Of a stretch of DNA of 64,000 bases, positions 50,647 to 60,613 are shown piece after piece. Source of the DNA: Arcobacteraceae bacterium (GTDB taxonomy: Bacteria > Campylobacterota > Campylobacteria > Campylobacterales > Arcobacteraceae); the NCBI GenBank assembly GCA_965224485.1, contig CBDCZH010000023.1:1-64000 (forward strand), in the 5' to 3' direction. The notes under the pieces are model-generated. The model worked only from the letters and a program-made list of their open reading frames with translations, searched no databases and was not told the origin of the DNA. Each line of letters starts with the position of its first letter. Position 1 is the stretch's first letter. Position numbers and translations under genes: made by a program.

Positions 50647-52333
50647 TATTATCTCCTAATAAAGTCATTTCATTTAAAGCATGTCCATTTGGAACCATTG
50701 GTAATACTTCTTCATTTCTATATACTAATACTTCAATCATGGCAACTTTTTTCTTCTCTATTGCGTCTTTTAAAGCCTCATCAAACTCTTTTTTTGTATG
50801 AACTCGATAACCGTTTCCACCAAAAGCTTCTACTAATTTTACAAAATCAGGCTGTATACTTAAATCAGTTTCAGCTAATCTATTTTCATAAAACATAGTT
50901 TGCCATTGTCTAACCATTCCTAAATAATTGTTATTTAAAATGATATTAATTACAGGTAAATCAGATTGAATACAAGTCATTAATTCTTGAATATTCATCA
51001 AAATAGAACCATCGCCTGTAAAGTTTATAGAAATTTTATCTGGATTACCTCTTGCAACTCCCATAGCAGCAGGAAGTCCAAATCCCATTGTTCCTAATCC
51101 ACCAGAAGTATTAAACTGTCTTGGAAATGAGAAAGGATAAAACTGAGCAGTCCACATTTGATGCTGACCTACATCTGTTGAGATAATTGCCTTAGAACCT
51201 AAAAGCTCACCTACTCTTTGAATAGGCCATTGAGGTTTTAATTTATCACCTACATCTTCATATCGTAAAGGTTGTTTAATTCTATACTCTTGTACTAATT
51301 CAACCCAATTTGAGAAATCATTAAACTCTAACTCTTTTGCTAATTCAATCATTCCTTTTACTGTAACTTTTAAATCCCCTACAATAGGGAAATTTGTTTC
51401 TACTAATTTATCAATAGATGTAGGATCAATATCTACATGAATTACTTTTGCTTTTTTTGCAAATTCATCTAATCTTCCTGTAACCCTATCATCAAATCTT
51501 GCCCCAAGAGAGATTAATAGATCAGTATCATGAACAGCCATATTAGCAGCGTATTCTCCATGCATTCCTAACATTCCACAGAAAAGTGGATTATCATGAC
51601 CCATAGCTCCTCTTGCCATTAAAGTTTCAACAGCTGGAATATTAGTTAATTTAGCAAACTCTCTAATATCATAAGCACAGTTTGATAAAATAGCACCACC
51701 ACCTATATATAAAAGTGGCTTTTTAGCTTTACTAAGAGCTTCCATCGCTCTTTTTAATTGCTTTTTATTATAATTAATTGTAGGTTTATATGTTGGTAAA
51801 TCAACTACTTTTGGATATAAAAACTCTGCAAGAGCAGCTGTTATATCTTTAGGAATATCAACATGCACTGGACCTGGTCTTCCAGTACTTGCGATATGAA
51901 AAGCTTCTTTCATTACTCTTGGTATATCTTCTACACAAGATATTAGATAATTATGCTTTGTACATGGTCTTGAAATTCCAACTGCATCTATTTCTTGAAA
52001 ACCATCAGTTCCTATGATATTTGAAGGAACCTGCCCTGTTATTACAACTAAAGGAACTGAATCCATATAAGCATCAGCTAAGCCAGTAACTGCATTTGTA
52101 AATCCTGGACCACTTGTAACTATTGCAACTCCAACTTTTCCAGTTGATTTTGCATATCCTTCAGCTGCATGAATAGCAGCTTGTTCATGTCTTGTTAAAA
52201 TATGCTCAAAATCACTTTGTTTATAAATTTCATCATACACATTCATAATAGCACCACCTGGGTAACCAAAGACTACTTCAACCCCTTCTTCTTTTAACGA
52301 TTGTGTAACCATTTTTGCGCCAGTTATTTTCAT
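50639..52333 (-). CDS. ilvB: Acetolactate synthase large subunit
   Basis: FGYPGGA, RHEQ, GQHQM, GDGS...NN. Confidence 0.97.
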   Translation of the reverse strand: MKITGAKMVTQSLKEEGVEVVFGYPGGAIMNVYDEIYKQSDFEHILTRHEQAAIHAAEGYAKSTGKVGVAIVTSGPGFTNAVTGLADAYMDSVPLVVITGQVPSNIIGTDGFQEIDAVGISRPCTKHNYLISCVEDIPRVMKEAFHIASTGRPGPVHVDIPKDITAALAEFLYPKVVDLPTYKPTINYNKKQLKRAMEALSKAKKPLLYIGGGAILSNCAYDIREFAKLTNIPAVETLMARGAMGHDNPLFCGMLGMHGEYAANMAVHDTDLLISLGARFDDRVTGRLDEFAKKAKVIHVDIDPTSIDKLVETNFPIVGDLKVTVKGMIELAKELEFNDFSNWVELVQEYRIKQPLRYEDVGDKLKPQWPIQRVGELLGSKAIISTDVGQHQMWTAQFYPFSFPRQFNTSGGLGTMGFGLPAAMGVARGNPDKISINFTGDGSILMNIQELMTCIQSDLPVINIILNNNYLGMVRQWQTMFYENRLAETDLSIQPDFVKLVEAFGGNGYRVHTKKEFDEALKDAIEKKKVAMIEVLVYRNEEVLPMVPNGHALNEMTLLGDNNE

Positions 52334-52477
52334 GCTATCCTCTTTATTATAAAATTATTTGTATTTTACAAAAGTTATTATTAAATTAGTGTTAATAATA
52401 AGTACTTAATAAGCTTCTTTAAAGGATTTTTTATTATTTTTTATATATAATGTAAAAAAATGTGTAAGGGATAAGTC

Positions 52478-53290
52478 ATGGATGTAAATAGTATTAATAA
52501 TGAAATAATAAATCTAAACCAGAGTTCCCCGGCAATAATACATAAAAATGAGCAAAATTCTGATATTAAAAAAGTATCAAAAGATGATGCTTTAAATCTT
52601 AGTATCTCAGATATTTATAATAAAAAAAGAGATGAATTATCATATTCTTTGCAGACACTAAATGAAGGTGTAGCAATAAACCAAATTTCTAAAAAAGGTT
52701 TAGCACAGCAACAAGAGCAATTAGTTAATGTTCAAGATAGGCTAAATGAAGCAAAAAACAATGTAGAAAAAGGTTTTGATAAAAATGATCTAAAAGAAGA
52801 TATTTCTAAAAATTTAATAGAATTTAATAATATAGCTCAAAATACAACATATAAAAATGAAAAGTTATTAACTGTTGAGAAAGATGATGAAAAAACCGTA
52901 ACTATTTCAACACAACAATCAGTTTATACCTTAGAGAAACCAGAAACTAAAGAAGTTCTAAGCGCCTTAGCTCAAAACTTAGAAAGTAATGATTTTTCAA
53001 ATGAAGAAGATTTAACTAAAGCTCTAATAGATACTAATACTGCAAGTAAACAAATTGATAGTTTTATACTTAGAGTTGATGATACAGATCAAAGAATGGT
53101 AAATAATGCAAAAAATACTATAGGAGAGCAAATAGATCTATCTAAAGAAAATTCTTCTTTAAGGGATATTGATTTTGGAGCAGAAGTTGCTGATTTTTCC
53201 AAAACAAATATTAACTCACACCTAGGTTTTTTAGCAGGAACACAAGCCAATATTGTTCAAGAACAAAGTATTAGATTATTAAGTAAATAA
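52478..53290 (+). CDS. Short flagellin-family protein (FlaC-like, no D2/D3)
   Basis: DDALNLSIS, IAQNTTYKNEKLL, SSLRDIDFGAEVADFSK...QAN...RLL. Confidence 0.8.
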   Translation: MDVNSINNEIINLNQSSPAIIHKNEQNSDIKKVSKDDALNLSISDIYNKKRDELSYSLQTLNEGVAINQISKKGLAQQQEQLVNVQDRLNEAKNNVEKGFDKNDLKEDISKNLIEFNNIAQNTTYKNEKLLTVEKDDEKTVTISTQQSVYTLEKPETKEVLSALAQNLESNDFSNEEDLTKALIDTNTASKQIDSFILRVDDTDQRMVNNAKNTIGEQIDLSKENSSLRDIDFGAEVADFSKTNINSHLGFLAGTQANIVQEQSIRLLSK

Positions 53291-53297
53291 TTACTTT

Positions 53298-54212
53298 CTA
53301 ATCTTTCTTTTTTTGTTCTAAACAGTAATTTATAGCAACACCTTCTTTTAAACCATCATCAAAAACTAAAGATTCATCTTTTTGCAGTACTTCAAAAAAA
53401 CTTTTGTAAATATATGTTCCAATTTCAACAAATTCAACTCTTCCTTGTCCCACAAGTTTAATAATATCTTCTTTTGAAGAGTTTTTAAAAATATTTAAAC
53501 AAGTTTTTAAATCTTCTAAGTTTACATACGTTCCATTTATTTTATTCTTATCATATGAAAAATAATCTTCGCCATTTTTAATAGCAGCAATAGTTGTAGG
53601 AGTTCCAGCAGTTGCTATGAAAACATAATCTTTTGTATTAATATTATGTTTATTTAAAAATACTTTTACTTCATCTTTTTTATTATCTAAATAGATTTCT
53701 AAATCTTTAAAAGAAAGATTCTTTTGTGTTAAAGTTACAATTCCTAGGTTAAAACTATGTGAAAAATTTTCTTTTTCATTAGATATAATTAGCTCAGTTG
53801 AACCCCCACCAATATCTAAAACAATAAAATTCTTTTTAAGTATTTTTTCTCTTTTTAAAGCATATTTAACAGCTAAAAGAGTAAGTCTAGCTTCTTCTAG
53901 TCCTGATATAATTGTAAAACTAAGACCTATTGTTTTTTTAAAATTTTGCAGAACTTCTTTAGAATTTATAGCTAATCTCATAGCAGCAGTAGTAACACAA
54001 ATTGCAAGTGTAGGATTATAAGAAAGTTCTTTTATTGAGTTTTGGACAGCTTTTATTACTCTATCTTGAGCTTGTGAAGATATACATTTTGTTTCATTTA
54101 AACCATCAGCCATACCAACAATTTCATGATAAACATTTATGATTTTATGATTTTGGCAATCATATATTAAGACTCTAAAAGAATTAGAGCCTAAGTCTAT
54201 TGTACATATCAT
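53298..54212 (-). CDS. ppx: Ppx/GppA family phosphatase
   Basis: IDLGSNS, TAAMR, EEA, DIGGGSTE, GLKEG. Confidence 0.92.
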   Translation of the reverse strand: MICTIDLGSNSFRVLIYDCQNHKIINVYHEIVGMADGLNETKCISSQAQDRVIKAVQNSIKELSYNPTLAICVTTAAMRLAINSKEVLQNFKKTIGLSFTIISGLEEARLTLLAVKYALKREKILKKNFIVLDIGGGSTELIISNEKENFSHSFNLGIVTLTQKNLSFKDLEIYLDNKKDEVKVFLNKHNINTKDYVFIATAGTPTTIAAIKNGEDYFSYDKNKINGTYVNLEDLKTCLNIFKNSSKEDIIKLVGQGRVEFVEIGTYIYKSFFEVLQKDESLVFDDGLKEGVAINYCLEQKKKD

Positions 54213-54770
54213 CTAAGGATGCGGTATTTTGATTTTAGAGTTTAATAAATAAGCTATTATTATCATTAAGATTAAAACTATTGTTTCACTTAAAAAACCA
54301 GCCAAGAATACTAAATAAACAAGCCATAATAAAATAGCACCTAAGGGAGTAGGAACTCCTGTAAAAAATTTCTCAACTTCACCTTGCGTAGAATCAATAT
54401 TAAACTGAATTAATCTTCGCAAGCCTGAAATTATATAATATACAAAAGCAAATAAAACCAAAACAGCTGATATTTCGAACTCTTTACCATCAATAATAGC
54501 AAAATATATGAACATACAAGGAACTATTACAAAAGATAAAAAATCTGCAAAAGAATCAAGTTGTACTCCAAATTCTGTTGAAAGATTATACTTTCTTGCT
54601 ATTTTTCCATCAACTATATCAAAAGCTCCACCTATCCAAGCAAATAAAGCTGCTCCAAAAAACTCTCCATGAGTTATAAAATATATTGCTAAAACACCTG
54701 CTGCTATATTAAAAAATGTAGCAAGATTTGCTAAATTGAAATGACTATTCTTATTAAATAAAAAACCCAA
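54213..54770 (-). CDS. pssA: CDP-alcohol phosphatidyltransferase (phosphatidylserine synthase-like)
   Basis: DIVDGKIAR...FGVQLDSFAD, FTGVPTP. Confidence 0.8.
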   Translation of the reverse strand: MGFLFNKNSHFNLANLATFFNIAAGVLAIYFITHGEFFGAALFAWIGGAFDIVDGKIARKYNLSTEFGVQLDSFADFLSFVIVPCMFIYFAIIDGKEFEISAVLVLFAFVYYIISGLRRLIQFNIDSTQGEVEKFFTGVPTPLGAILLWLVYLVFLAGFLSETIVLILMIIIAYLLNSKIKIPHP

Positions 54771-54779
54771 AATTATCCT

Positions 54780-55877
54780 TTAAAATGTATATTGATTTCT
54801 ACCATTATTCTTTGATGTATATAAGTGTTCATCAGCACTTTTGTATAATCTATTAGGCGAAATATCACTATTTGGTGAATAAATAACAGCTCCCATAGAA
54901 ACTGTTAATATATTTTTTACCTTTGAACCTTTATGCTCAATATTTAGATTCATAATTTTTTGTTTAATATCTTCTAAACATTGTTGTAAAATTATTTCAT
55001 CAACATCAAATAAAATAGCTCCAAACTCTTCTCCACCTAATCTAAATACATACTCATGTTCTTTATTAAAATACTTCTTAAGCTCCAACGCAACTGCTTT
55101 TAAAGCAACATCACCCATATCATGACCGTAAGTATCATTATACTGTTTAAAATAATCAATATCAAACATTATAAAAGCACTTTCCCAAGAATTTGAATTA
55201 GAAATTTTTGGTAAGTTATCAAAAATAGTATCAAAATGATTTCTATTGTACAGCATTGTCATGGAATCTATTATTGCAGCCATTTTATATTTTTTATTTA
55301 AAACCACCAGTTGACTATCTTTTTTTATAATTAAGTAAATTATATACATAATTATTGAAAAACAAAATAAAGCAATTAAAACCATATTATAAAACAGATA
55401 TTCTTTCATCTCTTTATATTCAAGTAAAAAACTTTTTCGCTGTTTTGCAGCTTCTTTTATCTCATATGAAATTAAAAAATTTATTTTTGTTATCATTATA
55501 TTAAATTTAATAATATTATTACCCAAAAAAGAACTTTTTAAATCTTTTGAAATTTTAGAGATTACTACTTCTTCATGAACTGTTTTATAGGCTTTAGCAT
55601 ATAATTTCCATTTTTGTTTTATAGTTCTTTTATATTTTGTAATTGAACATTTTGATTTTTTAGTTTTTATACAAAAAATCACATCTTTATAATTTGTTAC
55701 AATTTTTTGAAGATTAAGTACTGGTACAAAATTACCAAAATAGATATTATCTATTTGTTTTTTTAATTTATCAATTTGTGTATTAAAAATAAAACTAGCA
55801 GAAAACAGAGCTAACATTATTGTTATTAAAAGCACAATGAATTTAAAACTAACTGACTTTATAAAATCTTTTTTCAT
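54780..55877 (-). CDS. Membrane-bound diguanylate cyclase
   Basis: Two TMs around a periplasmic domain; DIDYFKQYNDTYGH, RLGGEEF; start moved to ATG 55877. Confidence 0.92.
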   Translation of the reverse strand: MKKDFIKSVSFKFIVLLITIMLALFSASFIFNTQIDKLKKQIDNIYFGNFVPVLNLQKIVTNYKDVIFCIKTKKSKCSITKYKRTIKQKWKLYAKAYKTVHEEVVISKISKDLKSSFLGNNIIKFNIMITKINFLISYEIKEAAKQRKSFLLEYKEMKEYLFYNMVLIALFCFSIIMYIIYLIIKKDSQLVVLNKKYKMAAIIDSMTMLYNRNHFDTIFDNLPKISNSNSWESAFIMFDIDYFKQYNDTYGHDMGDVALKAVALELKKYFNKEHEYVFRLGGEEFGAILFDVDEIILQQCLEDIKQKIMNLNIEHKGSKVKNILTVSMGAVIYSPNSDISPNRLYKSADEHLYTSKNNGRNQYTF

Positions 55878-56013
55878 AAAATTATTATAACAAAATATAG
55901 TTAAAGTAAAGAGTAGAAAATACAATATTAGCTCTTCTTTTTTTCTTTATCAAAGCTTAAATAAGTTTTAGATAAAATCGCGAATTATAAGTAATTATTA
56001 TTAAGGATTATAT

Positions 56014-57558
56014 TTGTTAAATATAAAAGATACATTTATAGGTAAATCTGCTAAAAGTGATATTTTATCAGGTGTTGTTGTTGCAATTGCCTTAGTCCCA
56101 GAAGCTATTGCTTTTTCTATTATTGCAGGAGTTTCACCTTTAGTTGGTTTATACACTGCTTTTATTTTAGGATTAATAACAGCTCTTATTGGTGGAAAAG
56201 CAGGAATGATTTCAGGAGCAACGGGTGCTGTTGCTGTTGTTTTAATTGGGCTTGGAGTTAAAGTAAAAGAAGCCTTACCTCAAGAAATATTAAACTCACT
56301 AAGTTCTAGTGGGGAGCTTTCATCATATATTTTACAATATATTTTATTAGCAACTATAATAGCTGGAATCATACAAATTCTAATAGGTATATTTAAACTA
56401 GGAAAACTAATAAGACTAGTTCCCCAACCTGCTATGTATGGCTTTGTAAATGGTCTTGCTATTGTTATTGCTATGGCTCAAATACCTTTATTTAAAGGTG
56501 AGAGTTATATTATGTATGCTTTAGTGCTTGCAACTATGATTTTAGTTAAGTATTTTCCTAAAATATCATCTGCTATTCCTTCAGGATTGGTTGCTATTAT
56601 AGTAGTTTCTCTAGTAGTTATAACTTTTGATTTAGATACAAAAAGAGTTGGAGATTTAGCTGATATTTCTGGAAATCTTCCGGTTTTTGCACTTCCAACT
56701 CTTCATATTACTTTTGACTCTTTATTAACAGTACTTCCTTACTCTATTTTAGTAGCCCTTGTTGGTTTAATAGAATCACTCTTAACTCTTTCTGTTTTAG
56801 ATGAAATGGGTGGAAAAAGAGGAAGTGGAAACCAAGAGTGTATAGCTCAAGGAATTGGAAACGTTACTTGTGGTTTCTTTGGAGGAATGGCTGGTTGTGC
56901 TATGATTGGACAAAGTATTATTAACTTTACAAATAATGGTTGGGGACGATTATCAGCTCTTACTGCTGCCCTTTTACTTATATCTTTTGTAGTATCTTTA
57001 TCTTCTTATATTGCTATGATTCCTGTTGCTGTTTTAGTTGGTATTATGTTTATGGTGTCAATTGGAACATTTGAGTGGGAGAGTGGAAATAGAATTAGAT
57101 ACATGCCAAATCATGATAAGTTTGTTCTAATTACTGTTACTATTATTACTATTTATGCAGATCTTGCAATTGCTGTAATAACAGGAATTATAATATCAGC
57201 CTTAGTTTTTGCTTGGAATCATTCAAAAGTTCGTTCAAGAACATATAATGATGATGATGGTAAAAAAATATATGAATTCGATGGTCCTTTATTTTTTGGT
57301 TCAACTACCTCATTTTTTGAACTCTTTGATTTTAAACATGACCCAGAGTTTGTTATATTAGACTTTAAAGATGCAAGAGTTATGGATATTTCTGGTGTTG
57401 AAGCTATTGATAATATTACTAAAAAATATGCAGAAGCTGGAAAGAAACTAAGTATTAGGCACTTAAGCGAAGATTGTAAAAAGATTTTAAAAAGTGCTGG
57501 GCCTTTTTGTTCTTATGAAGAAGATGATCCAAAATATAAAGTAGCAATTGACTACTAA
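56014..57558 (+). CDS. SulP family anion transporter with STAS domain
   Basis: ALVPEAIAF, GMISGATG, GCAMIGQS, GPLFFGS, MDISG. Confidence 0.94.
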   Translation: MLNIKDTFIGKSAKSDILSGVVVAIALVPEAIAFSIIAGVSPLVGLYTAFILGLITALIGGKAGMISGATGAVAVVLIGLGVKVKEALPQEILNSLSSSGELSSYILQYILLATIIAGIIQILIGIFKLGKLIRLVPQPAMYGFVNGLAIVIAMAQIPLFKGESYIMYALVLATMILVKYFPKISSAIPSGLVAIIVVSLVVITFDLDTKRVGDLADISGNLPVFALPTLHITFDSLLTVLPYSILVALVGLIESLLTLSVLDEMGGKRGSGNQECIAQGIGNVTCGFFGGMAGCAMIGQSIINFTNNGWGRLSALTAALLLISFVVSLSSYIAMIPVAVLVGIMFMVSIGTFEWESGNRIRYMPNHDKFVLITVTIITIYADLAIAVITGIIISALVFAWNHSKVRSRTYNDDDGKKIYEFDGPLFFGSTTSFFELFDFKHDPEFVILDFKDARVMDISGVEAIDNITKKYAEAGKKLSIRHLSEDCKKILKSAGPFCSYEEDDPKYKVAIDY

Positions 57559-57592
57559 AAATATATAAAGAATTTAGGTTTTTATCTCTATC

Positions 57593-57961
57593 TTAGAGAT
57601 AAAAACCTAAAGAAATAGTTCCTATAAGTAAAAAAAACACTAAAAATCTAAAAAAAATCCTAAAAAATACATTCTTATATTTTTTCATAAAAAAAGGGCA
57701 GTAAAAAAAAGCTAAAATCAAAGATATTGCAAAAATAGCTTTAAGTATCAATAAAAAAGAAATTTTAGAATTTATAAAAAGATACGCTCCACTTATAAAA
57801 AGAAGAAAACAAAGAATCAACATTGGTTTTAAAATATATTTGTATAAAATATCTGCCCTACTTTTACTTAAGAAAAATCTAATATAAAATCTATCAATAA
57901 GAATATAAAAGAAAAATATAAATGCAGAAAAAAGATGTAGGTATAAAATAGATATGTACAT
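57593..57961 (-). CDS. Hypothetical 4-TM membrane protein (CopD-like)
   Basis: YLHLFSA, SGAYL, LILK and four hydrophobic segments. Confidence 0.55.
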   Translation of the reverse strand: MYISILYLHLFSAFIFFFYILIDRFYIRFFLSKSRADILYKYILKPMLILCFLLFISGAYLFINSKISFLLILKAIFAISLILAFFYCPFFMKKYKNVFFRIFFRFLVFFLLIGTISLGFYL

Positions 57962-58110
57962 AGTTTCATACTAGTTAAAAAAGTGTTAAAGAGAAATTAA
58001 AATAAAGTTTTAAAAAATCTTTAGAAGTACTATTATATTAGAGTAAAAGTTTTATTTACAATTTTTTAATATTATAATATACTTATCTTAATATATAAAA
58101 AGGAGTACTT

Positions 58111-58353
58111 ATGCAAATCTCTTCTGTAAATCAAAATATAATTGCTATGCAACAAGCGCAAACACAAATGAATGATTTTGCTAAAGATATTGCAAGTCTT
58201 ACCAAAGCGCCAAAACAAAATCAAGAAGTAACACAAGACTTACTTGATGCAATTGTAAATCAAATACCTACACAAATAGCATATGAAGCAAATGCTGGAG
58301 TTATTAGTACTCAAAATGCAGTACAAGACTCTTTACTTAATATTAAAGCCTAA
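58111..58353 (+). CDS. Small protein with flagellar basal-body rod/hook C-terminal motif
   Basis: AGGAG RBS; QIAYEANAGVISTQNAVQDSLLNIKA. Confidence 0.8.
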   Translation: MQISSVNQNIIAMQQAQTQMNDFAKDIASLTKAPKQNQEVTQDLLDAIVNQIPTQIAYEANAGVISTQNAVQDSLLNIKA

Positions 58354-58363
58354 AAGGATTTTT

Positions 58364-58795
58364 ATGGAAAAATTAAATATAGTATGTCCAAGTTGCCAAA
58401 AAATAAATAAAATTCCAAAAAAAGAGTCTTATAAAAAAGCAAACTGTGGAGAGTGCAAAAGTTCACTCTTAGATACAAATCCTATTAATTTAAATGAAAA
58501 TAACTTTGATCATGTACTAGTAAATTCAGACCTTTTAGTAATTGTTGATTTTTGGGCACCTTGGTGTGGTCCATGTAAGGTTATGGGTCCTAATTTTAAA
58601 GAAGTGGCATTAAAGTACCCCTTAAAAGCACTTTTTACAAAGGTAAATACACAAGATGAGCAGAACTTAGGTGCAAAATATAATATAAAATCTATTCCAA
58701 CTTTAGTTCTTTATAAAAATGGCCAAGAAGTAAAAAGAGTAAGTGGAGTATTAAACCCAAACGAACTATCCCTATTAGTAAAAGAGTTTATTTAA
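58364..58795 (+). CDS. trxC: Thioredoxin 2 with N-terminal zinc site
   Basis: CPSC...CGEC and WCGPC; start moved to ATG 58364 after AAGGA. Confidence 0.93.
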   Translation: MEKLNIVCPSCQKINKIPKKESYKKANCGECKSSLLDTNPINLNENNFDHVLVNSDLLVIVDFWAPWCGPCKVMGPNFKEVALKYPLKALFTKVNTQDEQNLGAKYNIKSIPTLVLYKNGQEVKRVSGVLNPNELSLLVKEFI

Positions 58796-58888
58796 GTTCC
58801 CCCTGTGAACAAAAACTCTTACTAACAAAAAAACCTACAAGATAAAACCTACTAACCTACAAACTTAAAAACTTAAAAAACTACCAAC

Positions 58889-59329
58889 TTAAAAAAGTTC
58901 CTCAATCAAAAGCTCCAGTTCTAACTCATTAAAAACTTTAATACCGTTTTGTATTAAAAGTTTAGCACAAATACCAGAACCATTTATTAAGGTATTAGTA
59001 AAATTTCCATCATAAATTTTTATATTTCCACAAGATGGAGATTTTGCTTTTAATAAAGCAAGAGAAATATTATTCTTTTTACACAAATGTAAAGCATTTA
59101 AAGCACCTTTTTCAAACTCTTTTGTAAGATCAAGTCCATTTTTACTTAGAACCTTAGTTCCTTTTATTTCAGCAGGGTCTCTTGGTGTTAAAAGTCCACC
59201 TTCTATTTCAGGACAGAAGGCAAAAACTTCATGATTTTGTAATATTACATCTAAACTATCTACTTTATTAGAAGAAGCATCATATCTTACGTTTTGCCCT
59301 AAAAGACATGATGATACTAATATTTTCAT
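58889..59329 (-). CDS. DUF523 / 2-thiouracil desulfurase family protein
   Basis: SSCLLG..VRYD, CPE..GGL.TPR, KSPSCG. Confidence 0.9.
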   Translation of the reverse strand: MKILVSSCLLGQNVRYDASSNKVDSLDVILQNHEVFAFCPEIEGGLLTPRDPAEIKGTKVLSKNGLDLTKEFEKGALNALHLCKKNNISLALLKAKSPSCGNIKIYDGNFTNTLINGSGICAKLLIQNGIKVFNELELELLIEELF

Positions 59330-60082
59330 TTAATCTAATAATTCTTTATCAAAAAAAGTTGATGTTTGAATATTTTTAAAAGCAGTTCTCATAGAAACAA
59401 ACATTTGAGGATTATCTTCTTCCATTTTAGCTAATAATTCTTTTGTTTTTTGTCTTGCGTGTGGCATTTTAACATCAAATCTCATAGCAGGACAGGCTTC
59501 ATCACCAATAACCATAATATCATTACTTGTAGCAAAAGCACGAAGCTGTCTCTCTCTACAAAAAATCAAAGGTCTTATAACTTCTAAACCATTTTGTGCC
59601 TTATAAGAAGGTGGCATAGAACGCATAGCTCCATTGTATAAAAAGTTCATAAAAAATGACTCAACGGCATCATCTAAGTGATGACCAAGAGCTAATTTAT
59701 TGTAACCTTGTTCAATTGCAGTAGAGTATAAGTACCCTCTTCTCATTCTTGAGAAAAATGAACAAAAAGATGAGTTTTTTCTAATTTTTTCACCTGCTAG
59801 TTCATATATTTTGGTATCAACAATTTCATGCTCAATACCGTGCTTAGCACAATGTTTGGCTAAAAATTCAACTTGTTCACCCATTCCATATGTAACAGTA
59901 ACAGCTTTAAATTCAAATTTAAAAGGAGTTACTCTTTTTAAATGATTTAAAGCATGTAACAAAGTAGTTGAGTCTTTTCCACCTGAAAAACCAACTAATA
60001 CCTTATCACCTTCGCTAATTAGTCCATATTGTGCATTTGTTCTTCCAACTACACTAGATATTTTTTTGCTTAAGTTTATCAA
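59330..60082 (-). CDS. ttcA: tRNA 2-thiocytidine biosynthesis TtcA family protein
   Basis: SGGKDS PP-loop, CSFFSRMRRG, GHHLDD, IRPL. Confidence 0.85.
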   Translation of the reverse strand: MINLSKKISSVVGRTNAQYGLISEGDKVLVGFSGGKDSTTLLHALNHLKRVTPFKFEFKAVTVTYGMGEQVEFLAKHCAKHGIEHEIVDTKIYELAGEKIRKNSSFCSFFSRMRRGYLYSTAIEQGYNKLALGHHLDDAVESFFMNFLYNGAMRSMPPSYKAQNGLEVIRPLIFCRERQLRAFATSNDIMVIGDEACPAMRFDVKMPHARQKTKELLAKMEEDNPQMFVSMRTAFKNIQTSTFFDKELLD

Positions 60083-60318
60083 TTTAAATATATCCTATTT
60101 TTTTCGCGATTATAACATAAATTAACACTTAGTAAACAAAAAGATAAAATATTAATAAAGAAAAAAGCTTTTCTTCTATGCTTAGGTACAGAAGATTATT
60201 CACTAATTCAAGTAAGTGCTAGTTATTTTTAAAATAAATATTAAAAGAGATATTTTTTTATCTTTTATTTATTAAAATATTATATACTTGCACTTAAATA
60301 CTAATAAAAAGAATAAAA

Positions 60319-60507
60319 ATGACAACAGAAGAAATAACTAGTTTTACAGAAGAAATAAAAAAAACTATTCTGCCTCATGCCAAAAACATGAAAGACATAC
60401 AAATTAAAGATATTATTACTTTAGTAGAAGAACAGAATAAAGATTTGCCTGAAGGTTTTGGAAATATGTTATTTGAAGAAATACTAATACTTAAATATAA
60501 GGTTTAA
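60319..60507 (+). CDS. Hypothetical protein (62 aa)
   Basis: Isolated ORF in a long intergenic region with natural composition; weak RBS. Confidence 0.55.
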   Translation: MTTEEITSFTEEIKKTILPHAKNMKDIQIKDIITLVEEQNKDLPEGFGNMLFEEILILKYKV

Positions 60508-60588
60508 ATTTTTTTTAATCTTAAATTAAACTAAAATTTTTATGCAATGTTAAATAAACAAAATATACCTTACATCTACAATTACAAC

Positions 60589-60613
60589 TAATCCCCTATT
60601 TTAAAGGGGATTA
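60589..60613. terminator. Hairpin between convergent genes
   Basis: TAATCCCCT-attttaa-AGGGGATTA. Confidence 0.55.

Noticed and set aside
5730..50898. Short ORF-track entries opposite real genes (5730, 9188, 16053, 24376, 25830, 26838, 27111, 29756, 32764, 33502, 37429, 43180, 45252, 48522, 50629)
   Set aside because: They lie antisense to well-supported genes, have shadow-frame composition and show no recognisable motifs
1092..58363. Longer ORF-track starts for ribB (1092), oadG (7310), cheR (34903), lptD (42169), lpxD (50174), DGC (55925) and trxC (58283)
   Set aside because: The extensions overlap promoters or upstream genes; downstream starts fit RBS or -10 position and family N-termini better
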